Below, one piece after another: positions 1-13,871 of a stretch of 64,000 nucleotides of DNA. Source of the DNA: Octopus bimaculoides. Lineage: Eukaryota. The DNA lies in assembly GCF_001194135.2 (NCBI RefSeq), contig NC_068988.1:93644090-93708089 (forward strand). The letters are read 5' to 3'. Position 1 is the stretch's first letter; the number at the start of each line of letters is the position of its first letter. The notes below the pieces were generated by a model. The model did not search any database. It was not told the DNA's origin and saw nothing but the letters and a program-made list of their open reading frames with translations. The position numbers and the translations under genes are program-made.

Positions 1-578
1 ACAATCATTTATCTCATTTGTCTTACAGTTGCCTTATCTCCAACACCCGTCTTACTAAGTGACTTGTGCGCCACCATCACCTCCACGCATATACACACAC
101 TATTACACTTATATTTATTTAAATTGCTTTGTTATTTTTGCCTCTTCGAACATCCACTCTTCCACGCTTGGCACGCTACGCAAACGACATTACCGAAATA
201 CCTCGTGTGCAAATTATAATCCCACATCTGTTGCAATCACGTGACGTCGCAGTGCATCGCACTTGAGAAATGTGGAAAACATCGTTAAACTGATTAGTGA
301 ACGGTTAACGTCAAAGTGAGGAAGTAAGGAAGGAAATGTAAACAGAACTTAATGGATCTGTGGATTTAATTTAACGACGACTTGTTTGAATATCAGCTGA
401 AGAGACCCAAAATGTTAATGAGTTATCTATGGTAGCCTAATTGGGATACAATATTGATTTCATTCAAATGAGCGTAATGTTTGGTGGCGATGGGGTAACG
501 GAATTTATAGAACCGACTTCAGAATATTAACGGTACTTTTATATTTTATATTATGATTTATGAATCATACAGCCGTTG

Positions 579-720
<142 letters not shown>

Positions 721-1217
721 AGGTACTAGTAACATGCAATCCAGTAGACCGTGTTTTACTGTCGGGTCATCGGTGACCAAACGGCAGCTCTAGCACGTGA
801 GCCGGTTCAGAAAATTTGTTAGGATCCAACAGGACAAACACATGGCATATCAATAGGACAGATGAACCCAGAATCAACAACAGATTGAACCATAACGGAT
901 TGATCCCATTCAAAAATGTTATCCATGCCAGCAAATGTTTGATGTTTCATTCTTGGTGCATTCGTGTTTGTGTTTGCAGATAACGTGGTCTGCGATGTTA
1001 ATGCAAATCATCATCGATTCATTCGGGTTTTGCATTCTAACCTTCGCTGGCTTGCACCCTTTTGGTATTACATAATTAGAACGAGTGAATAGGTTAGACT
1101 CTGCTCAAACTTATCCTGCTTATAACGAATTATTCCTGTGGATTGTTCAGTAATATTTCCTTTCACGTTTTCTTTAATGATCGTTCTTATTTCGTTGACA
1201 ACTGGGGCATCTCTCTC

Positions 1218-1272
<55 letters not shown>

Positions 1273-1841
1273 TACACACACACACACACACACGCACACA
1301 CACAGAGGAAGAGAGAGAAAGACAGACAGAGAGGCAGACAGAGCGGGAGATGCATACATATGACCGACATATAGAGAGATTAAGAATGATTTTCTTAATT
1401 GCTCTTTCAGTTGTTGAAATCAAACAACGATCGTGTTTGAATGAAATTGGCACTAGGTATAAATCTTTCCAGAAAAAGCAGATGTTGAAAACCTTCTCTG
1501 CTGGTCACGCGATAAAAATCTCTCTATCGCACTTTGTCCTGTCAACATGGCAAGATAATCTGTTACTTCCTATTCAAAAGACGAAGCGATCCAACTCGTT
1601 TTCTTCTTTTTTTTATGATTAAAATAATAATAATAATAATAATAATCCTTTCTGCTATAAGCACAAGGCTTGAAATTTTGAGGTGAGAAACTAGTCAACT
1701 CCAGTATACAACTGGTACTTATTCTATCGACCCCGAAGGAATGAAGGGCAAAGTCGACCTCGCTGGAATTTGAATTCAGAACGTAAAGGCGAATGAAAGC
1801 ATTTTGTCAGTCGTGCTAACGATTCTTCTGGCTCGCCGCCT

Positions 1842-1978
<137 letters not shown>

Positions 1979-2473
1979 GTGGTTAGTGCGGCGAGCTGGC
2001 AGAAACGTTAGCACGCCGGGCGAAATGCTTTGCAGTATTTCGTCTGCTGTTACGTTCTGAGTTCAAATTCCACCGAGGTCGACTTTGCCTGTCGGGGTCG
2101 ATAAATTAAGTACCAGTTGCGTACTGGAGTCGAGTTAATCGACTGGCCCCTTCCCCCAAAATGTCGGGCCTTGTGCCTAGAATAGAAAATAATAATAATG
2201 GTTTCAAATTTTGCCACAAGGGTAGCAATTTTGGAGAAGAGGATGTGTCGATTATTTTCATTTTTGCGTAATTTAGACGAATTTTATTCCCCGCACCCTG
2301 TATGTATATATATGTATGTATATATNNNNNNNNNNNNNNNNNNNNNNNNNNNNNNNNNNNNNNNNNNNNNNNNNNNNNNNNNNNNNNNNNNNNNNNNNNN
2401 NNNNNNNNNNNNNNNNNNNNNNNNNNNNNNNNNNNNNNNNNNNNNNNNNNNNNNNNNNNNNNNNNNNNNNNNN

Positions 2474-2526
<53 letters not shown>

Positions 2527-3059
2527 TTCGTTTTCTCTTCTCTAATTCCTTTTTCTCCCCTTCTGTCTGTCCCTCTCTCTATCACTCTTCCTCCTTGACT
2601 CACTCGTTGCTCACACGTGACCATCGGCCATTTTTCTTTCCCTCACTTGATCATCTTTCTTTTCTTTCAGTCTACCGCACAGATCAGACGCATTCTTGTT
2701 TGTCTCCTCTCCTGTCTTTTCTCCTGTTCTTTATGTTACTTGTCTTGTTTTCCATTTGTTTCTTTCGTTGTTCGCATACAAAAGTTCGTATTCCATATTT
2801 TCGTATTTCATGTTGTTTACGTTTTGTAACATCCTGTACCCATATATGCATATATATATATACATATATATGTAAGTATGTATATATGCATATATATATT
2901 ATTTATATTATATACACACGCACACACACGCACACGCACATATGTATATGCATATATATATATATATATGTATGTACGTATGTATTTTTGTATACGGACA
3001 TACATATATGCATATATATGTATATATAATATTAATGATATATGCGCGCCCGCACACAC

Positions 3060-3060
<1 letters not shown>

Positions 3061-3120
<60 letters not shown>

Positions 3121-3121
3121 G

Positions 3122-3160
<39 letters not shown>
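3061..3160. repeat. (TATC)n microsatellite
   Basis: Direct reading. Confidence 0.95.
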
Positions 3161-3161
<1 letters not shown>

Positions 3162-5064
3162 ATNNNNNNNNNNNNNNNNNNNNNNNNNNNNNNNNNNNNN
3201 NNNNNNNNNNNNNNNNNNNNNNNNNNTATATGCATATATATATATATATATGCGTGTGTCTATGTGTGCGTGTGTATTGTGTGTGTGTGCATGTAGTACG
3301 TATGTTCTCGTACATGTAACACTACCTTTAAGCTTTATTTTGGACAGCTTAGCTTCGAATATCTTAATGTCTGTTTCTCCGCCGGCTTTTGGTTAATTGC
3401 CCCATATGTGCACGCTTGACACGACAGAAGCCGGTTGCTTTTTAAAGCCTCGTTTGTAACAAAGATAACAGATCGACCGTTATCTCTTCCCTGTTGCCAT
3501 TCACTACGTCAGCATCCTGAATGCTGAGAGAATATATATAAGTGTGTATGTGTGTGTGTGCATGAGTGTATGCATGTGTGTGTGTTTGCGTGTGTGTGTG
3601 TGTGTGTGAAGCATATATATATCTATACACACATACACATATATGACAGAATGTATATGTATTTATGCATGTGTATATGTGTATACATATGTATGTATAT
3701 ATGCATATATATANNNNNNNNNNNNNNNNNNNNNNNNNNNNNNNNNNNNNNNNNNNNNNNNNNNNNNNNNNNNNNNNNNNNNNNNNNNNNNNNNNNNNNN
3801 NNNNNNNNNNNNNNNNNNNNNNNNNNNNNNNNNNNNNNNNNNNNNNNNNNNNNNNNNNNNNNNNNNNNNNNNNNNNNNNNNNNNNNNNNNNNNNNNNNNN
3901 NNNNNNNNNNNNNNNNNNNNNNNNNNNNNNNNNNNNNNNNNNNNNNNNNNNNNNNNNNNNNNNNNNNNNNNNNNNNNNNNNNNNNNNNNNNNNNNNNNNN
4001 NNNGTGGTGGTGGTGGTGGTGGTGGTGATGGTGGTGGTGTGAGCGAGACGATGGTATTAATGGGTGTCAGTAATGGGTGAAAGGGAGCTATCCTTAATGG
4101 CTGTCAGTGGTGGTGGTGGCAGTGGCGGTGGTGGGTGAAAAGGAAGATCTACCATTAACAACTGACAGTTGTGGTCCAAACGCACGTTTCATTTGCGGCT
4201 GGGAAAACAATAATTAAATGGAAATAAGTAAAACAAAACAAAAACAATAATAAAAATAAACAATAGAATATGTCTATTTTGCATTTCCTGCAATATGTTA
4301 ATTAAGAGTTCATTAACAACACCTCCCTTGATATATATGAGAGAGTTCATGAAACGATCTATGAGCCGGTACGTTGTTGCTTGCCTTGGTATGCACCAAA
4401 GAGCCATTACATCACATCCTAGTGTTTGAAAAAAAAAAGAAACATACATTATGTAATCCCCCCACACATATATACGTGTATGTATCCTTAGTGCAATATA
4501 TGGGTTCAGAGAATCATATGGTTATCACAGAAAGCTCCTCGAGCGGAGTTAGCTAGCAGATCACATTGTAATCCAGCACGGAAGAGTATAATGCAGTTCT
4601 ATACAAGCTGAAATCCAGGAGATCCGGTCGATGACATTATTTCATGGGGGGTATATAAACCATAAAAATTCAGGAAGTACGAGAGGTGAACTTGTCGTCC
4701 TTAGACTACAGCCGTTTCGTAGCTTTCATCATGTAATGATAATTGTGCATAGCAAACTATGTTGTGTCTCGTTGATTTAGTCGTGTGAGTGTTTGATGGA
4801 CAAAATTTACAAAGAAAATTAAGAAGGATTAAAAATAAATGAAGCTGCATCTAGTTGTGATGGATGAGTGAACGTAATTTGAGTTCTGGTATGTCTTTTG
4901 CTGTGAAGTCATAATGGAGACAATGGTGATTCTGATTTTGCCAGGGATTGGACAAAAGTGTTTGTTGGTTGTAGCAGATTATTCTTTTGTTGTTTTGTTT
5001 TTTCAACTCAAATCGTTTAGATGCATCATCACTCATTTTACATCACTCACATCAATCTAGACAA

Positions 5065-5347
5065 GTGGTTCTCAACAACCGGGCTCCATAGGGTCCATAT
5101 AATTTTTTTTTTTTGGGGGGGGGGAGGTTGTCCACACAACAAAAATAGTAAACTGGGGATCCACAATGTTTTTTTAATGGCCCCTGAAAAAAAAATTGCT
5201 TTATACGTATGTATTGGTATGTATTGCAAGAAACAGCGAGGTTTCTTTCTCTAACGTTTTATATAATTCATCCTACACAAGTTAATGGGTGAAAAACAAA
5301 ATACGAACTTTGAAAAAAAAAAACGATCTAAAAAGCTAGAATTAAAG
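5065..5347. mobile_element. Charlie-like MITE copy, opposite orientation, running into a gap
   Basis: Begins CAAGTGGTTCTCAAC; its reverse complement matches the interior of the 33435 and 44756 copies (ttagagaaagaaacctcgctgtttcttgcaatacatac). Confidence 0.65.
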
Positions 5348-5715
5348 NNNNNNNNNNNNNNNNNNNNNNNNNNNNNNNNNNNNNNNNNNNNNNNNNNNNN
5401 NNNNNNNNNNNNNNNNNNNNNNNNNNNNNNNNNNNNNNNNNNNNNNNNNNNNNNNNNNNNNNNNNNNNNNNNNNNNNNNNNNNNNNNNNNNNNNNNNNNN
5501 NNNNNNNNNNNNNNNNNNNNNNNNNNNNNNNNNNNNNNNNNNNNNNNNNNNNNNNNNNNNNNNNNNNNNNNNNNNNNNNNNNNNNNNNNNNNNNNNNNNN
5601 NNNNNNNNNNNNNNNNNNNNNNNNNNNNNNNNNNNNNNNNNNNNNNNNNNNNNNNNNNNNNNNNNNNNNNNNNNNNNNNNNNNNNNNNNNNNNNNNNNNN
5701 NNNNNNAAATTTTGA

Positions 5716-5859
<144 letters not shown>

Positions 5860-5970
5860 ATTGGGCACAGCGTACATCTTATGGAAAGTATTATCTGCCT
5901 GAAGTTCTTGCTGTGACTTGACAGATGTCTAGAGTTCGGTGCATTTTTACCTACACAGTGTAACGAAGGA

Positions 5971-6040
<70 letters not shown>

Positions 6041-7013
6041 TGATAATGATGATGATGATGGTGGTGATAATGACGATGATGTGTATGTGTGTATGTAGTT
6101 ATACACATGCACACACACACACACGTACGTATATCTGTACGTATGTACATATATATGTATATAAAGTTAATCTTTCAATGTGAATTTTTAAGTAGCATAT
6201 TATTCATCTTGGACGAATACCCAACAGAAGGAAAGAAAAATAAAAAGGAAATAGAAATTGACTAACTAGAGAAAGCGAAATAATGTTTCTAACTGTGGTC
6301 CATAAAAATCTACATTGAGAAGTTTCGACGTATTATTAACGTTAATTAAATATTAAGCTAAGCTTTAAGTTACACATTTAAACGAAACTGCCTCCTGGGA
6401 CTAATGGATATTCTCAATAGAATGAGATTAGAAATAAAAGTATAATTATAGAAGCGTGTTAGTTTTATGTGCTCGTTGCTGCTTAAAGATATATAAAGAT
6501 GCATTAAATATTAAGAGTTGTAATAAAAATCAACCCGACTCCTTAACGTTGAAGCACCACCAACATAATGGGTCCCGTCATTATCACCAACCACCACCAC
6601 CACCACCACCACCACTACAACAACAACAACAGGACTGTCGAGAGAAACCAAAGTTAATGTTACAAGTAGTTTTTGAGAAAACGAATCGTCTGCCGGTTGT
6701 TGGTGCTATGAGTTGAGATGATTTGGCCTCTGCCGGGGAATGTCCGTTGTATTATAAGGGACTAGCGTGGCGTCCATTGGCGCCTGTGACCTCATCAATC
6801 AAAATATAGTGATGCCTGCTCGATCTCTGTTTCCTACGAAGATTCTAAATGACGGAACTCTCAACACCTAATCAACAGTTGAAGAATATTTTACAGAGGT
6901 GGTGCAAAAGAACGTGGCTTTTATAAAGAGGAAGACGATTCATTAAGTCGTTTGTCATCTTCAGGATCCTTCTATATGTCAACATATTTTTAGCCTGGCA
7001 ATATCAGCAGAGA

Positions 7014-7400
7014 AGGCGTACGGCCCAGTGGTTAGGGCAGCGGACTCGCAGTCATAGGATCGCGCTTTCGATTCCCAGACCGGGCGTTGTGAGTGTTTAT
7101 TGAGAGAAAACACCAAAAGCTCCACGAGGATCCGGCAGGGGATGGTGGCGAACCCTGCTGTACTCTTCCAACACAACTTTCTCTCACTCTTTCTTCCTGT
7201 TTTTGTTGTACCTGTAATTCAAAGGGGTCAGCCTTGTCACACTCTGCATCACGCTGAATATCCCCCGAGAACTACGTTAAGGGTACACGTGTCTGTGGAG
7301 TGCTCAGCCACTTGCACGTTAATTTCACGAGCAGGCTGTTCCGTTGATCGGATCAACTGGAACCCTCGACGTCGTAAGCGACGGAGTGCCAACAACAACA
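7014..7400 (+). mobile_element. Full-length tRNA-derived SINE (family C), (AAC)n tail
   Basis: tRNA-like head (A box cggcccagtgg, B-like ctttcgattcc), about 310-bp body, (AAC)n end. A 5'-truncated copy at 30680-30900 is highly similar. Confidence 0.85.
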
Positions 7401-8096
7401 TCCACCCCCCACTCTTCCCCTTACCCCTATATTTTTCTCATCGCCTACATCAATAGCCATTCACGCCTCTTCGCAGTATTGCTGCTGCTTGTACTTCACC
7501 ACTGGTCAGTCCTGGTCAAGTAGCGATAGCTATTGTTTCAATAGTGACTATCCCGTCGGGTTTTTGCTTAATTGTTTTTTTCTTTCTTTTTCCCCCCTTC
7601 TCATTTTCTTCATCTTCATCAGACTAACACCTCCTCACGCCTTTAATATTGACGATCTCGTGCCAAAATTTGAAATTATAAATGACATCGATCTGGTAGA
7701 ATCATTAGTGTGTCGAACAAAATACTTAACGACGTTTCTTCCCGCTGTTCACGCTCTGAGTTCATATTCCGCCGAGGTTGACCTTGCGTTTCATCATTTC
7801 GGGAACGATAAAATAAGGTACCACTCAAGTCCCGAACCCTAACCCTAACCCTTCTGTAAAACTGCTGGTCTTATGATAAAATTTGACACATTTTTTATAT
7901 CCGATTTGTCCTCCTCTTTTCTTACAATAGGAGCAGGCGTGGCTGTGGTGTAAGAAGCTTGCTTTCCAACCACATGGTTCCAGGCTCGGTCCCATTGCGT
8001 GGCACCTTGCGCACGTGTCTTCTGCTATGGCTTCGTGTCGAACGAAGCCTTGTGAGTGGATTTGGTAGACAGAAACTGAAAGAAGCCCGATATATC

Positions 8097-8128
<32 letters not shown>

Positions 8129-8863
8129 GATCCCTCTGCCGCTAGACAACCGGTATTGGCTCGTTTATGTCCCCGTAACTTGAATGCGATTGAATAAGTA
8201 CCAGCCTTTAAAAACGAATTACTAGGGTCGATTTACTCGACTAAAGCTTTAAGGCGGTGCTCCAGCATGGCTGCAGTCCAATGACTGAAACAAGTAAAAG
8301 ACAAAGATAAAAGATAAAATGATAAAGGTGTAATTTGAGAAGAATTTTGCCTGCTATTTCTAGGAAGTCGATCGACCATACANNNNNNNNNNNNNNNNNN
8401 NNNNNNNNNNNNNNNNNNNNNNNNNNNNNNNNNNNNNNNNNNNNNNNNNNNNNNNNNNNNNNNNNNNNNNNNNNNNNNNNNNNNNNNNNNNNNNNNNNNN
8501 NNNNNNNNNNNNNNNNNNNNNNNNNNNNNNNNNNNNNNNNNNNNNNNNNNNNNNNNNNNNNNNNNNNNNNNNNNNNNNNNNNNNNNNNNNNNNNNNNNNN
8601 NNNNNNNNNNNNNNNNNNNNNNNNNNNNNNNNNNNNNNNNNNNNNNNNNNNNNNNNNNNNNNNNNNNNNNNNNNNNNNNNNNNNNNNNNNNNNNNNNNNN
8701 NNNNNNNNNNNNNNNNNNNNNNNNNNNNNNNNNNNNNNNNNNNNNNNNNNNNNNNNNNNNNNNNNNNNNNNNNNNNNNNNNNNNNNNNNNNNNNNNNNNN
8801 NNNNNNNNNNNNNNNNNNNNNNNNNNNNNNNNNNNNNNNNNNNNNNNNNNNNNNNNNNNNNNN

Positions 8864-8919
<56 letters not shown>

Positions 8920-9554
8920 GTATACAACCTGTACTGACCAAAGCAAACACTCTACTTGACCCCTATAATCACTGTGAACCCTCACATTATCATTGTCTGA
9001 CCCGCAAAACAACTCGCAGTCACTTAACAGACTAAAACAGACGCTGGCAAGCTAGAGATAGCAGCCAATTTTCCTGAAATCACATTCTGCCATCTTAAGG
9101 AGAGAAAGAATGTATTTGACATTGCAGCACGTGACATTTACATGCTTAGATGAATTATCTCTGAAAATAAGTGGTGAGGTTAGCCATGGCCGGAACGTCT
9201 GATAGGCGGATTCACTCTGGTCTGAGAAAGGGAGGAGTAGAGCGGGTTAAATAATAACAACACGTTGGAGAATCAACGAGGGATTGATCTGCTAGAAGCC
9301 GGAGCTAAATCACTTCCCTCAGATCACATGACAGTCATCATAAGGTAATAAATAAATAAATAAAGAAAGAAAGAAAGAAAGAAAGAAAGAAACAGGCGCA
9401 GGCGCGGCTGTGTGGTAAGTTCGCTTCCCAACCACTTGGTTCTGTGTTCAGTCCCACTGCGTGGAACCTTGAACAAGTAACTTCTACTATAAACTCGGGT
9501 CGAATAAAGCCTAGTGAGTAGATTTGGTAGACGGGAAACTGAAAGAAGCTTGTC

Positions 9555-9591
<37 letters not shown>

Positions 9592-10008
9592 CATACAAAT
9601 ATTGTTTTATTTGCTTCAGCCATTTGACTGCGGCCATGCTGGAGTACCGCTTTAGTCGAAGAAATCAACCCAGGACTTATTTTTCGTAAGCCTAGTACTT
9701 ATTCTATCGGCCTTTTTTTGTCGAATTACTAAGTCACGGGGACTAGCATCGGTTGCCANNNNNNNNNNNNNNNNNNNNNNNNNNNNNNNNNNNNNNNNNN
9801 NNNNNNNNNNNNNNNNNNNNNNNNNNNNNNNNNNNNNNNNNNNNNNNNNNNNNNNNNNNNNNNNNNNNNNNNNNNNNNNNNNNNNNNNNNNNNNNNNNNN
9901 NNNNNNNNNNNNNNNNNNNNNNNNNNNNNNNNNNNNNNNNNNNNNNNNNNNNNNNNNNNNNNNNNNNNNNNNNNNNNNNNGAACCTGGGACCATGTGGTT
10001 GGGAAGTA

Positions 10009-10011
<3 letters not shown>

Positions 10012-10077
<66 letters not shown>

Positions 10078-10262
10078 TCACTGCTTGGAATCGAACTCAG
10101 AATAATAACATCGAAAAATACCTTAGGAATGAGAACACAGGTTCGAAATTTCCCCAAGACACCTGACGAAGGTTGGAGGGTATATCAGCCGAAACGTTGT
10201 GTTAACAACAAAGAAGATGGGGAAAAATATCCGTCAAATGTAAATAATGTAAATAATGTAAA
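10012..10262 (+). mobile_element. Second copy of the hammerhead-bearing element, 5'-inverted
   Basis: 10072-10103 is the reverse complement of the B-box half of the 47713 head, with its (TAA)n tract inverted upstream. It joins a forward body nearly collinear with 47808-47954. Confidence 0.7.
10158..10203 (+). ncRNA. Minimal type-I hammerhead ribozyme motif (Penelope-associated type)
   Basis: Stem I GACAC (10158-62)/GTGTT (10199-203); core CTGACGA (10163-69) plus A; stem II GGTTGG/TCAGCC with 8-nt loop; GAAAC (10191-95); cleavage triplet GUU (10196-98). Stem III is reduced to the palindrome AACGTT. Activity untested. Confidence 0.7.
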
Positions 10263-10762
10263 TATTAAAACGTCAGATGTCACAAAAGTCAGCATCGAAT
10301 CAGCAACGCCAAATAAGCGTCTGTGCGAAAACGTCTCAAACCCTTCTATAATGCATCTTAGATATGTGCATAGAAACAGAAGAAAAGCAGAGACAGAATA
10401 TTAAAACAACAACAGCAACAACAATAAAGTACCAAGAGCACATTACAAAGGCAATAACATTTTAACACATGCATGCACTTTTAATAAGTTCACTCAACAA
10501 ACAATGCTTCCACATTTTGAAAGAAAAAAATGTTTATTTTCTTATTAGCAAATTTAAATATTTTCTTTCTTTAAATTGTTGTCTCTATGATGTTTATATG
10601 TTTATTTAAATCTCCTTGTTTTCTACTTATCTCTTCATTCAATACTTCTGCTGTTTCTCTCTCTGACTTTTGGCGTTTCATCATTAGATTGAGGGGTTTT
10701 GTTATTTCGGTCTCATGTTTCCCCTTAGCCTTCTACATGTTTCAAAGAACAAACACACATGC

Positions 10763-10802
<40 letters not shown>

Positions 10803-11200
10803 TTTTTTTATCTTTCACTTGTTTCAGTCATTCGGCTGCGGCCATGCTGTGGCAATGACTTGAAAGATTTTGGTTAAACCATTCGAACCCAGTACTTATG
10901 TCATGTTCTCCTGCTTGGCTTGTAACTATTGAAATAGGCATGAATGAGTCTGTGGCTTACGATTGGCTAAACTTACCTGAAACTTGCAACCTTTAAAAGC
11001 TAATAACTCTTTGTTTATCGATTTAGTGCGAAAATGAATTTCAAAGCAGTGATTAGCATATAAAACCATATCATTACACAGAATATGAAATCAATTCGAG
11101 CAAGAATTGATGAGATTGAAAATTGGTTGCCAAAGAGAAAAGATCCTACCAGCCTGATATTTAGAGGTCCTCAACTATCCAATTGCATGTCTTAAGAAAT

Positions 11201-11300
11201 GAAAAATATAAAATGGGACCCTTAGGGAAAAATATAAAAGGGACCTTAGTGAAAAATATAAAAGGAACCCTTAGTGAAAAATATAAAAGGGACCTCTAGT
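11201..11300. repeat. Minisatellite, 4 x about 25 bp (GAAAAATATAAAAGGGACC[C]TTAGT)
   Basis: Units of 26, 24, 25 and 25 bp read directly. Confidence 0.9.
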
Positions 11301-12772
11301 AAACACCGAACGATGATATCGAACCAGTCAACCATTCAGGGAAGATCAGCTGCTACAAGTGCCCCAGTGTGGCCACAGTCATACGACTGAAAGAATTACT
11401 TCATTTTTTAATTATGCTTTTTTCTTTTCTTTTTTTTTTTTCTTTCCTGAGTTTCATTATAATTGAAACCATCTTAAGTTTGTCATGATAGATGGATCAA
11501 CATTTCTCGATGACGTTGTTTCACCTTAAGAAACCATCGTAAAATATACAATAAAAAAAGTCCATGTGTAATTAATTATTAGCACATTAGCTATCTTTAA
11601 AGTAGGATGTTTTGTCTTTCATCTGAAACCGTTTGTTAAGTGTCGGTCTAAAGTTACCTATCTCGGTTTTGTAAATATAATCCTTGTTAAATTTAATGAA
11701 TAACAACCTCCATCTGTGAAGTTTGCTTGTTTCTGGCTTAAATTGACCGCTGCCTCGTTATAACGGTTACAGTCTTTCTGTCTGTTAAGTAGCGATGAAC
11801 GCGTAAGACTCTTTAAAATATCGCTCATTGAATTACAATCAGAAAACCATCTCCTTGATCCACAAACAGTGACTTCAAGCTGCGAGAAAGCCTAGGCGTA
11901 TGGTAATGGTGGGGGTGGAGGCTATAATAATCTAAACGTTGTTCACTGTCAAAAGTACAAGATACTTGAAAAGCACTATTGCGACGTATCAGTTTTAACG
12001 ATGCGAACTAATTGTTTTCTTTGATCGGTTTTAATCAACGGAAAATCTCGACTGACTGGTTGGTTAGTTGGCCGGCTGGCTGCTGGCTGACTGGTTAGCT
12101 GGTTGGTTGCCGCTGGCTGACTGTGGAGAAGAAAATCTACTCTGTCAACATTCCACTCCCTAAGTGGACTTCGTTAAACATGTATTTAAAAAGGAAATCA
12201 CGCAGTTTCGGAAGAAAATATTTGCAATGTTTAGCTGTTGAGTAATTTATTTTATCGTCTGATGGGTGTATGAAATTATATTTGACTGGTATATAGGTTA
12301 TCATGAGAACGCTATAATGCATAATTTACTATCAAAAATATAAATATTCATTTGCGTGATTTTAAAAGATGTCGGTCTCAACGTTATGCCGGATGAAGAA
12401 AATCTTGAAATATCAATTTTGGGGCTGTGAGTTCAAATCTGGGACAAGATTTGATTCCCTGTAACATCTTGCTGGCCATTGTTTACCGTCTTCTGAGGGT
12501 ATTAGCTCGATCTTCTATCCTTTTGCTACAGCTGTTCTGCGTTCGGGGTTTTCCTATGTTTTCTCTAAAATAATACTGCAATTTATTCCGTGGCTGTGTA
12601 TGACGTGACTGTGTGGTAAGAAGTTTGTTCTTCAACCACATGATTCTCGGTTCAGTCCCACTGCATGGCACCTTCAGCAAGTGTCTTCTACTGAAACCTC
12701 GTGCTGACGAAAGGCTTAAGAGGAATTCATTGTCGGAAACTGAAAGAAGCCCGTTGTATATATGAATATAAA

Positions 12773-13103
12773 GTTAGATATGTTTCGACCAAAGATTGGT
12801 CCAGGCCATGTCTAACTTAATAGTACAACCTGATAGGATTATCTAAATCCTTTTTATGTCAAGTTTTGTGCTCTCATGGTCCATTCAAGTAGTGAGTTCT
12901 TGTTGAGTGAGTTGTATCCAGGTATAGGTGGGTTATCTGGTATTCCTTGAAGAAATCTGTCCAGACTCCGTTTAAAGGTGATGGGATTCTTTTCCTCTTT
13001 GATCAGTTTTGGGACAATGTTAAACAGGGAAGGGCCTGTTGAAGAAAACAAATTGCGTCGCAGTGTACCTATATGCTGTGATCCTGAATTGAGCCTAGCT
13101 TAA
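12773..13103 (-). mobile_element. 5'-truncated CR1/L2-group LINE 3' end
   Basis: TLRRNLFSSTGPSLFNIVPKLIKEEKNPITFKRSLDRFLQGIPDNPPIPGY...NSLLEW resembles the CR1-group ORF2 C-terminus (N.F...GP.LFN.LP; FKR.LD.FL). It sits in the central tract of a SINE-A copy. Confidence 0.75.
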
Positions 13104-13755
13104 AAACCGCTCTATCGGGCGGCTTTTCAACTAGCTCCTGTGGAGGGCTCTTCAATGGGCCTTGGGCCCAACAATGACACTTCATGCACTGGAAACTTTG
13201 TATATCGGCGGCACCCGCAAGATTTGTGTAGAATTAGGGCTCGAGCAAACAAAAAAATTCTGAGTGGACGTACGAAAGTAAACAGCACACACACAGATAC
13301 ACGCACACATACACGCACACATACACGCACATACACACACATACACACGCACACGCACACACACCGATGAAATGAAGTCGCCCTGGGCGGAATTTAAAGT
13401 CCGAACATTAAGGCGGACGAAATGCCGTTAAGCATTTTGTCCGGCGTGTTAATCATTCGGCCAGCTTGCCGTCTTAGATTCAGGAAACAATTAAAAGAAA
13501 ATTTGAAATGGTTTAGGAGGAAAGGAATAAGCCCTTTGGAAGCCTTCCTCCATAAATGGTGCGATCTGGTATAGATAATTGTTAGCTTAGACTTGGCGTT
13601 TTTGCGACTCGAAGATCTTTTTTGCTTTCACTTGCGCTCTTCTGGTCTGTGGAGTAAAACTTGTTAAAGATAACAGGTTGAAATGTTTGTTCCTTATTTG
13701 TTTGAAAATACACGAATAACTTTGACACAAACAGAGAAAGAAAGAGAGAGAGAGA

Positions 13756-13871
<116 letters not shown>

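Noticed and set aside
6930-6975. Minus-strand cctgaagatgac, Penelope-end-like
   Set aside because: No GAAA after the putative stem II; cannot be folded into a hammerhead.
7014-7085. tRNA gene
   Set aside because: No proper acceptor stem, degenerate B box, and continuous with a 390-bp SINE body.
11201-11300. CRISPR-like array
   Set aside because: Units are directly adjacent with no unique spacers; eukaryotic context and no cas genes.
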